A stretch of 64,000 bases of DNA, from the IMG/VR virus record IMGVR_UViG_3300025875_000002, positions 64,001 to 128,000 of that record. One strand, written 5' to 3'. This document shows positions 56,159-64,000 of the stretch, piece by piece. The notes beneath the pieces were generated by a model, which saw only the letters and a program-made list of their open reading frames with translations, was not told the DNA's origin and made no database searches. This DNA comes from a virus (lineage: Duplodnaviria; Heunggongvirae; Uroviricota; Caudoviricetes). Each line of letters begins with the position of its first letter. The stretch's first letter is position 1. The position numbers and the translations under genes were made by a program.

Positions 56159-56563
56159 GTGGCTAAGCACAGAGCGGAGGTGGATAATATGAGGGTTGTA
56201 GCAATAATTGCTAAATACAAAAAGGCTGTCGTTGGCTCATTAGGAGTCATTGTTTCAGCTTACTTTTCAGCTGTTGCTGGTGATGGTGCATTGACAACCT
56301 CTGAATTTGCTAATCTAGTGGCTCTGGCTAGCACAACGATAAGTTTGGCAGTTGCTCCCAATACACCGGGAGCAAAGTACACAAAGTCAATAATCGCAGC
56401 AGTGGGTGCATTAGCAGCAGCAGTAATTTCGGTATGGTCTGGTGGAATTAGCCAGGATGAATTGTCACAAATTGTTGTTGCGGTTGGTACTGCATTGGGT
56501 GTTAGAGAAGTTGGCAACGTAGGAGATCAATACGACAGGATGACTAATGTTACAGTGCAGTAA
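56159..56563 (+). CDS. holin-like membrane protein
   Basis: Four hydrophobic segments with an internal duplication; leaderless TATAAT. Confidence 0.65.
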   Translation: MAKHRAEVDNMRVVAIIAKYKKAVVGSLGVIVSAYFSAVAGDGALTTSEFANLVALASTTISLAVAPNTPGAKYTKSIIAAVGALAAAVISVWSGGISQDELSQIVVAVGTALGVREVGNVGDQYDRMTNVTVQ

Positions 56564-56711
56564 GTGTAAGGGAAGGGTTTTTCTTGATATGGTATTTAGT
56601 GAATACAATCATTACGAACTCTTCTGCATTCGGTGCGGAAAGCGCTGGATGATTCCAAAGGAGAGTAATTACGGAACATGGCTGACAAAGAAACTCGTAA
56701 GTACAACGTAA
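56547..56711 (+). CDS. 54-aa zinc-ribbon protein
   Basis: Hand-translated MLQCSKCKGRVF..LFCIRCGKRW. Confidence 0.65.
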   Translation: MLQCSKCKGRVFLDMVFSEYNHYELFCIRCGKRWMIPKESNYGTWLTKKLVSTT

Positions 56712-57247
56712 ATCCGTCGGTAGGAACTTTATCTGAAAGAACTAAACTTCAAAAGAGTTATTTCTTTCTGGACGGTAAACTTTATAAGTTACTGAGAGAA
56801 CATCGAGCTTCGGATATCTTAGTAACACAAGATATGGAAACCAAGAGGGTTGTTCATTTTATATTAAGTGATGCTAAGCGCAAAATGAAGAATGCTTACG
56901 ACACCATTGAAGTGGCCCGGATGTTAAACAGAACAAGGTCTGTTGTGCAGACCCATATGCTTAAGGGTGCTATCAATCCTCCGGTGCGAATTCACGAAAG
57001 AGGAATGAATCTTTACGGAAAGCCATTCGGAACAATGAAATGGAGTGAAGATGACATTATAGCTCTCCATGAGCATTTGCTTACTGTGGGCTCCGGGCGT
57101 CCCCGCAAGGATGGTATACTATATCCAGCTACACGTCTTCCATCACGTAGGGAGCTAATTGCAATGTTGCGTAACGCACCCATGTTTTATATGAAGACGT
57201 CTAGTGGAGAGTTCATACCGGTTTGGAGCGCTAATAATGAAATATAA
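56678..57247 (+). CDS. helix-turn-helix DNA-binding protein
   Basis: YDTIEVARMLNRTRSVV..WSEDDI. Confidence 0.65.
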   Translation: MADKETRKYNVNPSVGTLSERTKLQKSYFFLDGKLYKLLREHRASDILVTQDMETKRVVHFILSDAKRKMKNAYDTIEVARMLNRTRSVVQTHMLKGAINPPVRIHERGMNLYGKPFGTMKWSEDDIIALHEHLLTVGSGRPRKDGILYPATRLPSRRELIAMLRNAPMFYMKTSSGEFIPVWSANNEI

Positions 57248-57512
57248 ATCAAGTGGAATAAGGGATGAAATCAATCCCGAACTAACGCTTATTCAAGCTG
57301 CATCTGCATTGGATGCAGCAGCAGAAACTGCTGAAAAATTAAACGATGTTGAGGGATTGTTGCAAGCCGCTGGCATGTGGATAAAATTGAGTGATACAAT
57401 TATGCAGCTTACATCTAGTTTGCCGGTTGAGCATGAAGCTAAGTCGAATGATCCCAAAGTGAGCGTCGGATTCCAGCCAGAGGAAATTATATTGAAGGAG
57501 AGAATGTTATGA
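57237..57512 (+). CDS. hypothetical protein
   Basis: Coupled ORF. Confidence 0.55.
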   Translation: MKYKSSGIRDEINPELTLIQAASALDAAAETAEKLNDVEGLLQAAGMWIKLSDTIMQLTSSLPVEHEAKSNDPKVSVGFQPEEIILKERML

Positions 57513-57772
57513 GAGAAGTAGAAGTAGATAAGCCAGTTGTCGATGTTGTCAAGGTTGACCCTCCAAGGATTAGCGTATCCATCGGATTCAAGATGAATAT
57601 GGGTAACTACGAGAGCGCTAACGTCAACATGGGCATTACTGCCTCAGCGTTTCCAAATGAGAAGACAGCCGAGGCTGTTGACAGGGTTTACGCCCTGGCA
57701 GAAGAGAAGCTATTGGAGAAGTTCGGCGCACTAAAGGCTGAGCTTGAAGAGGGCGGTCTAGGTAAGGACTGA
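57509..57772 (+). CDS. conserved phage protein
   Basis: ISVSIGFKMNMGNYESANV motif. Confidence 0.6.
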   Translation: MREVEVDKPVVDVVKVDPPRISVSIGFKMNMGNYESANVNMGITASAFPNEKTAEAVDRVYALAEEKLLEKFGALKAELEEGGLGKD

Positions 57773-58113
57773 TGGATAGGGCAGCCAAAACCCGTAAGGT
57801 CAATGCCCTAATGACCAAGTTCATTCAGCTATACGAGGACAAGTACGGCCAGAAGCCCCGATTCAACAGGAATACAGAGAAGTGGGGTTTTGGTTATATG
57901 GTTGATGACCTCGGCGTGGATTCGTTTCCTACATTGGAATACTACTTCACGCTGAGGCGTAACCAAACTTCGGCCGACTTCCTTCACAACTATCACGATA
58001 TCAATGACTGGATGCGTGAGGATGCTGAGGACGAAATCAAGCGCGAGGCGCTGTTGGAGCAAACAAAGAAGCGAGTAAAGGAGTACGAGGATAGATGGCA
58101 GCAGAAGTCCTAA
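57772..58113 (+). CDS. hypothetical protein (possible helicase loader)
   Basis: Directly upstream of and overlapping the helicase. Confidence 0.5.
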   Translation: MDRAAKTRKVNALMTKFIQLYEDKYGQKPRFNRNTEKWGFGYMVDDLGVDSFPTLEYYFTLRRNQTSADFLHNYHDINDWMREDAEDEIKREALLEQTKKRVKEYEDRWQQKS

Positions 58114-59330
58114 ATGTAATCAACTCAATCTGCAAGAACAAGGATATCTACCTAGTTCTCAGTGAGGATAGAGAAATCTTCGGAGAGTACGGTGACGTAT
58201 TCGATGAGATGAAGGATTACTATAACAAGTACCGCTCGGTTCCGTCCATTGAGGTTTTGCAGAAGATCAATCCTGACGTAGAGGTTGTGCCGGTTGATGC
58301 CGATACAAAGTTCTATGTTGAGAGGATGAAGTCTGAGCACGTAAGAGGCCAGCTAAACAACCTTCTGCTTAAGACAGGTAAGTTCCTCCAAAACGATCAC
58401 CAACCACTAACGATCTTGGAGGGCTTGCAGAAGCAGATTGCCAAGCTGACTCGACTTAGCACAATCGTTCAGGACGTCAACATCATGGACCTGGACGCGG
58501 CTGAGGAGCGGTATGAGCAGGTCCGTAAGGTGGCTGAGGAAAACGGTGGAGCCATTGGTATTCCAACGGGGTTCAAGGGCATCGACTCTGCATATACTAC
58601 CGGTATGGCCCCAGGTCACCTGATCTACGCTATGGGATTCTCAGGCGCGGGTAAGACTTGGTTCGCTGCCCTCATGGCTATTCGTGCATGGCAGCACGGT
58701 ATAAAGCCAATGATCGTCAGTCTAGAGATGACACCGCCAGATATGCAGAACCGTATTCTGACTATGGCCGGTGAAGGTATCTTCAAGAACAACGAGCTTA
58801 GCCGTGGTGAGTATTCACAGGCGGGCATGGAGAAGATGCGTAAGGAAGCTATGGGTAAGGGTGAGTTCATCGTTGTCGGTGGAACTGCCGGTCAAGATGT
58901 GACTCCCAACCTTATTCAAGCTAAGATCGACCAGCACCACCCAGGCATTATCGTCCTTGACTATCAGCAGCTAGCAATGGACAATGAGAAGAACCAGTCA
59001 ATTGTTCCGCGTATGACTAACCTTAGCCGTGAGCTAAAGCTACTGGCGGTTAACAATGGCATTCCGATCATCGTCATTTCATCTGTTACTGACAACGATC
59101 AGGGACGTAACAAGCCACCTACGATTGAGCAGATCGCGTGGGGTCGTGCGATGGAGTACTCTGCCGATATGATTTTTGCCGTTCACAAGATGGACGATGG
59201 ACTCATGGAGGTAGTCGGTCGCAAGAATCGCTTTGGTGATCTTTGGGATATGTTCGTCCGTACAGATTTCAACAGCGGTATTTTCGAGGAAGTCTTTGAA
59301 AGGACAAGCGGTGACCTCGCAACTAATTAG
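58095..59330 (+). CDS. dnaB: DnaB-like replicative helicase
   Basis: Walker A GFSGAGKT, SLEM, IIVLDY, G.NRFG. Confidence 0.92.
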   Translation: MAAEVLNVINSICKNKDIYLVLSEDREIFGEYGDVFDEMKDYYNKYRSVPSIEVLQKINPDVEVVPVDADTKFYVERMKSEHVRGQLNNLLLKTGKFLQNDHQPLTILEGLQKQIAKLTRLSTIVQDVNIMDLDAAEERYEQVRKVAEENGGAIGIPTGFKGIDSAYTTGMAPGHLIYAMGFSGAGKTWFAALMAIRAWQHGIKPMIVSLEMTPPDMQNRILTMAGEGIFKNNELSRGEYSQAGMEKMRKEAMGKGEFIVVGGTAGQDVTPNLIQAKIDQHHPGIIVLDYQQLAMDNEKNQSIVPRMTNLSRELKLLAVNNGIPIIVISSVTDNDQGRNKPPTIEQIAWGRAMEYSADMIFAVHKMDDGLMEVVGRKNRFGDLWDMFVRTDFNSGIFEEVFERTSGDLATN

Positions 59331-59595
59331 GCGATTTCAAATCACAGGCCAGGTCGTCGGTGATAAGATCGTACAGGCAAGAGATACACTAAAGAACACA
59401 ATGCTTGGCATGATGAAAGACGACGGTTATACACCATTGTATGACCTCGATCCTGTGTGGAATCAGGAATGGGTAAAGGAAGATATCTTCGCCTTCACCT
59501 ACACATGGCAAGGCGTACACGTCGGAAAGGATAAGGCATGGCAGACAGAGGGGATCTCAGGTGGGAGGATGATTCCCAGCAGCCCGAAGAAGTAA
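59311..59595 (+). CDS. conserved hypothetical protein
   Basis: GTG 59311 overlapping the helicase end. Confidence 0.55.
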   Translation: MTSQLIRRFQITGQVVGDKIVQARDTLKNTMLGMMKDDGYTPLYDLDPVWNQEWVKEDIFAFTYTWQGVHVGKDKAWQTEGISGGRMIPSSPKK

Positions 59596-60073
59596 AGCAA
59601 TGTATTGATTGCAAGACTCTACTTCCTCTGTCATCTTTCCGAAAGAAGGCCAACCAAAGGACGGCCTGCATTATTACTGTAAGCCCTGCGTCAGAAGGCA
59701 TGAGCAGGGGTATAGAGATAAGCGTCCTGAATTGTTGGAGCGTAATCGTGCCTGGAAGAAAAACAATCCAGAGAGAGCACGTGAGCATAAAAAAGCATTT
59801 GTTAAGAACAATTCCGAAGCAGATCGCATTTATCAGGCAAACAAAAAGGCTCGGAAGCTGGGTGTAGTTGGCGAGTTATCTGTAAAGGATTGGCTTGAAG
59901 TGTTAAGTGCTTGGGGTAGTTCGTGCTTGAAGTGCGGTTCTGATCACTTAGTAGAAATTGATCATGTTGTTCCACTCTCTAAGGGTGGTATGAATGTAAA
60001 AGAAAACATACAGCCACTTTGCAGCGATTGCAATAAGAGAAAGAAGATGAAGATTGAAGACTACAGAAAATGA
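59538..60073 (+). CDS. HNH endonuclease split by a -1 frameshift near 59640-59660
   Basis: CIDC zinc finger in the 59538 frame; KDGLHYYCKPC and CLKC..EIDHVVPLSKGG..NIQPLC..CN in the 59609 frame. Confidence 0.7.
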
Positions 60074-61139
60074 ACTACGATGGGAAGACGACAGTCTTTA
60101 TAGCGAAGACCAAGTAAAGTCTGTCCTTCGCTCTCTTGGCATTGACATAGAAAACGAAACTGAGGCGGTGTTCCTGGCTTATTGTCCGTTTCACGGAAAC
60201 AGGGACACCCCCAGCTTCGCTATCAATAAGACCAGTGGTCTGTACATTTGCTACAACCCTTCGTGTAATAAGACCGGCAAGTTCATGACCTTGATCAAGT
60301 TTGTTGGAAAGCTCAATGACTTCCAGGCTAAGCGCCTGATTGCCAGGAGTAAGATCAAGACCAACTTCGAAGATGAAATCGCTAAGTACAGCGAGGTCAA
60401 GGAATTGTGGTCTCCGTACGTTCACGTTCACCACGACGGACGGCGTGAAGAGAATTATATGGGCCGGGTCAAGCAAGATATGTGGAAGTACGCTGAACCA
60501 CAGTTATACATGAAGGGCCGAGGATTCGAAAAAGTAATTCTTAAGGACTTCGAAATTGGTTACGACGAAGAAATTGATATGGTCTGTGTTCCCATGCACG
60601 ACCCAATGGGAAAGGTAGAGGTTGGTGCAGTGCGCCGGTCGATCAAGGGTAAGACATTCAAGAATACCCCAGGACTACCAACCAGTAAGACTTTGTTCAA
60701 TCTTCACCGGGCCAAGCGCACGGGTGACGTAGTAATTGTCGTTGAGGCATCATTCGACGTTATGAAGCTGGCTCAGGTCGGTTACCCAAATGCCGTTGGT
60801 TTGCTTATGGGTCACTTCTCCAAGGACCACGCCCGGTTGCTAGGAAAGTATTTCAATACCATTGTCATAATGACTGACAACGATAAGCCACAGTTCTATC
60901 AAGGTTGCGGTAAGTGTAAGAAGCTCGGTTCCAACTTATGCAAGGGACACAATCCCGGTGAGGAACTAGGCCAGAAGATTGCAGAAGATATGAGCACCAA
61001 GCGTATCATGTGGGCGCACCACGGAGGGGTCAATAGATTCCCCGATGGTGCAAAGGACGTTGGCGATATGGACGACGAGACCATTCGCTACAGCATCAAG
61101 AATGCCATTTCCCACTTCGAATACACACTTGACTCATGA
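60054..61139 (+). CDS. dnaG: DNA primase (CHC2 zinc finger plus TOPRIM)
   Basis: CPFH..DTPSF..C; VVEASFDV; MTDND; KDVGD. Confidence 0.9.
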   Translation: MKTTENELRWEDDSLYSEDQVKSVLRSLGIDIENETEAVFLAYCPFHGNRDTPSFAINKTSGLYICYNPSCNKTGKFMTLIKFVGKLNDFQAKRLIARSKIKTNFEDEIAKYSEVKELWSPYVHVHHDGRREENYMGRVKQDMWKYAEPQLYMKGRGFEKVILKDFEIGYDEEIDMVCVPMHDPMGKVEVGAVRRSIKGKTFKNTPGLPTSKTLFNLHRAKRTGDVVIVVEASFDVMKLAQVGYPNAVGLLMGHFSKDHARLLGKYFNTIVIMTDNDKPQFYQGCGKCKKLGSNLCKGHNPGEELGQKIAEDMSTKRIMWAHHGGVNRFPDGAKDVGDMDDETIRYSIKNAISHFEYTLDS

Positions 61140-61211
61140 TTACCTATGGTGTACACTAGAACGTAGAAGGGCAAAGCCCTCAAATAAAACTACAAGGAGA
61201 ATCTAACTACT

Positions 61212-61964
61212 ATGGCACTCGTTAAGGGTCTAGCAGCATTTAAGGCAACAAAGGCACAGATTGAAGCGGATCGTGAGGCGCGTGAGCGTCCCAGGGCAAA
61301 TTACTTTAACTGGAAGAACAACAAGAACAAGGAAGACAAGAACGTTGTAAGCGTTCGCTTCCTACAGGAATTCGATACCGCAATCGAAGGTTACCGCGAG
61401 GATCGCGGCCTGCCAGTCATGGCAGTAGAGCATCAGGCTCCGGGTGCTAAGGGATTCATGAGGCGTGCAAACTGTACCCTTGAATCCGAGGGAGCATGCT
61501 ACGCATGCGAGCGTCACAGGGAAGATCGTTCCCTAGGTTGGCAGCAGCGTAGAAACTTCTACATTTGGGCATTGGTTGATTACAGCGACGGCGAGGGTCC
61601 ACAGCCTGTCGTAATCTCTCGTACCTTCGGTTCCTCTTTCGTAGATGACCTAATCCTAGAGGTTGAGTCAGACGATGAGAACCGTATCACCAACAAGATG
61701 TGGAAGGTCATCAAGAGTGGTTCTGGAAAGAGCACCACTTGGAAGCTTCGTGAGGACAAGAAGACTGTCCTTTACGATGATGCTGACGTTGAGGTAATCG
61801 ACTTGGAAGAGGCTGTCCTTCGTCCAATCGAATACGATAAGCAGGCTGAATACTACGGTGCTGTTTACAAGGACGGCGATCCAGTCGATGACGATAACGA
61901 AGCAGCAGGAGCAACGGCAGTAAGCAAGGTTGAAAAGACAGAGACCGGCGAATTGCAGTGGTGA
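61212..61964 (+). CDS. single-stranded DNA-binding protein (T4 gp32-like)
   Basis: VRFL..CT..CYAC zinc motif, G.G..T.W, acidic tail; replication cluster. Confidence 0.7.
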   Translation: MALVKGLAAFKATKAQIEADREARERPRANYFNWKNNKNKEDKNVVSVRFLQEFDTAIEGYREDRGLPVMAVEHQAPGAKGFMRRANCTLESEGACYACERHREDRSLGWQQRRNFYIWALVDYSDGEGPQPVVISRTFGSSFVDDLILEVESDDENRITNKMWKVIKSGSGKSTTWKLREDKKTVLYDDADVEVIDLEEAVLRPIEYDKQAEYYGAVYKDGDPVDDDNEAAGATAVSKVEKTETGELQW

Positions 61965-61970
61965 TTTGGC

Positions 61971-62381
61971 TTGAATCCTAAGGATTCTCGCCACACGATG
62001 CTAGAAAGAGATGGGGCCGTGGGCGTTTGTAGCGTCTGCGGCCCCGTTGATCTTTTATTTGATTCTGCGCATCCGAAAGGTCGGTGTGGCAATGCAAATC
62101 GTGAACGTAACCGTGGAAAGCAACGACAACGATCAACATTCCATGATGGAACTCGAAAGCCTACTTTAGAACAACAGGCAGCTATGCTATCTGATCAAGA
62201 TGGTAAGTGTGCAATTTGTGACGTGACGTTTAACGGAACTCCGTATATAGATCATTGTCATGAATCCAAGCTAGTCCGTGGTCTCCTTTGTAGGAATTGT
62301 AATCTTGGGTTGGGGCTTTTCGGTGATGATGTAGATAAGCTTCGGAGGGCGATTGAGTATGTTTCCAAATCCAGAGTATAG
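61971..62381 (+). CDS. endonuclease VII-family homing endonuclease
   Basis: QDGKCAIC..IDHCHESKLVRGLLCRNCNLGLG. Confidence 0.9.
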   Translation: MNPKDSRHTMLERDGAVGVCSVCGPVDLLFDSAHPKGRCGNANRERNRGKQRQRSTFHDGTRKPTLEQQAAMLSDQDGKCAICDVTFNGTPYIDHCHESKLVRGLLCRNCNLGLGLFGDDVDKLRRAIEYVSKSRV

Positions 62382-62679
62382 CAATTATTTGAAGTCAGAG
62401 GCATGGCGCAGTTTTAGGAATTTATACTTTTCAGTATATCCAAAGATGTGCGCTGTTTGTCATGCGACTCAAAACATACAACTTCATCATCGGCAGTATG
62501 ATAACTACAAAAGTAGGAAGTTTAAGGATTACACGCCGTTGTGTAAGTTCCACCACGATGACTTGACCAAAATTTGGCGGTCTAATAAGAACTATCTCGG
62601 CATGAACTTAGATCAATTCACAACGGCATATATCAAGCAAAGGAAAAACAATGGAAGAGTTCAACGAAGAAGAAGCTAA
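62353..62679 (+). CDS. HNH endonuclease
   Basis: YLKSEAW..CAVC..LHHRQY..LCKFHH. Confidence 0.8.
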   Translation: MSMFPNPEYSNYLKSEAWRSFRNLYFSVYPKMCAVCHATQNIQLHHRQYDNYKSRKFKDYTPLCKFHHDDLTKIWRSNKNYLGMNLDQFTTAYIKQRKNNGRVQRRRS

Positions 62680-62911
62680 GGCTGAACTACAGAACGATCA
62701 GAAGAACCTAGATGTTGTTATTGATCATTTGATTGATTCTGTCAGCCACTTCCGGTCGAATGAGTCTTTGGCCGATATCGAAATGGAAGAGTGGGCCAAG
62801 ATGCTAGAGGTTCTAGACTTGACCAAGTATATTGTTAGCGGTATCATGTATTCCTATGGTATCCCACCGTGCGGGCACGATCACGACGAAGATGAGGAAA
62901 ACGATGAGTGA
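62651..62911 (+). CDS. acidic hypothetical protein
   Basis: AAGGA RBS. Confidence 0.55.
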   Translation: MEEFNEEEAKAELQNDQKNLDVVIDHLIDSVSHFRSNESLADIEMEEWAKMLEVLDLTKYIVSGIMYSYGIPPCGHDHDEDEENDE

Positions 62912-63200
62912 GCTAGAGAACGTTAGAATTTTGAAGAATCATGTTGATCGCAAGCAGTCAACAGAGTATGCTGTCTTCTTTGATATGAATGGATTTGCAT
63001 ATCGTCTAGATTGGGAGCTTGCCGATTCGGCAGACGTTGATCCGCAGCATATAGCTTCATTAATGAAAATGCAGATTGATGCTGATTTTCAGGATCAGGA
63101 TTACGCTGACAGCATTAGCACCAGCCCTGCCGGTAGTTCAAACAAGTATCATGAATACCTAGCTGACGGTTGGGAACTTATAGATTTAACGTTTAGCTAA
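62904..63200 (+). CDS. hypothetical protein
   Basis: Coupled ORF from ATG 62904. Confidence 0.55.
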   Translation: MSELENVRILKNHVDRKQSTEYAVFFDMNGFAYRLDWELADSADVDPQHIASLMKMQIDADFQDQDYADSISTSPAGSSNKYHEYLADGWELIDLTFS

Positions 63201-63364
63201 TGAGTGATTGTACTTGTGGGAAGCAAGAAGGAATTTGTAAGTCACAAAAGCATGATGGTGCTGTTCGGGTAACCTGGCGGGATCAAGAAGGAAATTTACA
63301 CGTCAACGGAACTGGCGCAATATTCGAATAGGGTAGCTCCTCTAAGCTAGGAAAGGATAAGAAT

Positions 63365-63829
63365 ATGTGGAAGGTGTTAGATGAAGACAGACGATACATG
63401 GTATCTGATAACGGTATTGTTAAGGGAGTCCGAGGAACGGTGCTGACTCCTCATGTTGATAAGGATGGATATGCTACTGTTCGTATTGCCGGTAAGACAT
63501 ACCGGGTCCATAAGTTAGTTGCCAATGCATTCATTGGTCCGACCCCGACGGGTTATGAGGTAGGTCATGTTGATGGTGATAGCTCAAACAACGCTGTCGA
63601 GAACTTAAAGTATTGTACTCACGTCGAAAACATTGCTGATAAAACTTTGCACGGAACGATGGCTAACGGCAGCAATAATGGTAACTCTAGACTAAAAGAG
63701 ACTCAGGTCGTTGAAATTAAGCGTAGAATAGCTGCCGGTGAATCTAGCGCAAACGTTGCATTGGACTACGGCGTAGTTGAGGGTACAATTGATCACATCA
63801 AGCAGGGAAGAACGTGGAAGCACTTATGA
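63365..63829 (+). CDS. NUMOD4-HNH homing endonuclease
   Basis: WK....Y.VSDNG.V..VHKLVA.AFIG..VGHVDGD..NN.VENLKY..HVEN. Confidence 0.9.
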   Translation: MWKVLDEDRRYMVSDNGIVKGVRGTVLTPHVDKDGYATVRIAGKTYRVHKLVANAFIGPTPTGYEVGHVDGDSSNNAVENLKYCTHVENIADKTLHGTMANGSNNGNSRLKETQVVEIKRRIAAGESSANVALDYGVVEGTIDHIKQGRTWKHL

Positions 63830-64000
63830 GCAACTATGTTGAGCTTCACTGTCACACTCATTATTCTGCATTGGATGGTCTGAACACTCCTGCCGAATAC
63901 ATGAAGCGATGCAAGGAAATTGGGATGACTCACCTGGCTATGACTGATCACGGTACTTTGGCCGGTCACCGGGAGTTCCAGAAGGCTGCCAAGGAAGCAG
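63826..64000 (+). CDS. dnaE: DNA polymerase III alpha subunit, N-terminal PHP domain (partial)
   Basis: MSNYVELHCHTHYSALDG..AMTDHGTLAG; runs off the window end. Confidence 0.9.
   Translation, partial: MSNYVELHCHTHYSALDGLNTPAEYMKRCKEIGMTHLAMTDHGTLAGHREFQKAAKEA

Noticed and set aside
28501-61452. Isolated CTAAGGG heptamers (e.g. ~28509, 29052, 34992, 35126, 59979, 61447)
   Set aside because: Ordinary Lys-Gly codon pairs without the extended L/R sequence or a composition shift.

Overview
The window is about 64 kb of a large lytic, long-tailed dsDNA actinobacteriophage. The gene order resembles Streptomyces cluster BE/BK-type and related large actinophages (recalled similarity, not searched). 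Layout: (1) 1-8.4 kb, rightward early region of small genes (Lsr2-like, HhH-GPD-like, HNH), most with their own SigA-type promoter and a conserved ATCTTGA box; (2) 8.4-16 kb, leftward small ORFs with thyX; (3) 16.6-56.6 kb, nrdJ, endolysin, portal, protease/scaffold, capsid, tail genes, tape measure, phosphoesterase and holin; (4) 56.7-64 kb, replication genes (DnaB helicase, primase, SSB, start of dnaE) with many free-standing HNH/EndoVII genes. The main observation concerns two paralogous virion-protein genes (16609-18927 and 26422-28065). Each has an AT-rich phage N-terminus fused in frame to an unrelated, much more GC-rich enzyme payload (beta-helix tailspike-like; SGNH esterase). Both payloads begin at an identical 20-bp left site (GGAACTAAGGGCGGCCTTTG) and are followed by an identical 17-bp right site (CTAAGGGGGCGCTTCGT), which share a CTAAGGG core. 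This suggests a site-specific C-terminal domain capture/swap system. Other candidates are a promoter-driven anticodon-less tRNA-like RNA (685-738), a ~470-nt structured leader/ncRNA (16000-16470), promoter-stem-loop modules, and an HNH gene that duplicates the primase N-terminus. No recombinase or terminase was recognised in the window. All calls were made by eye without database searches.
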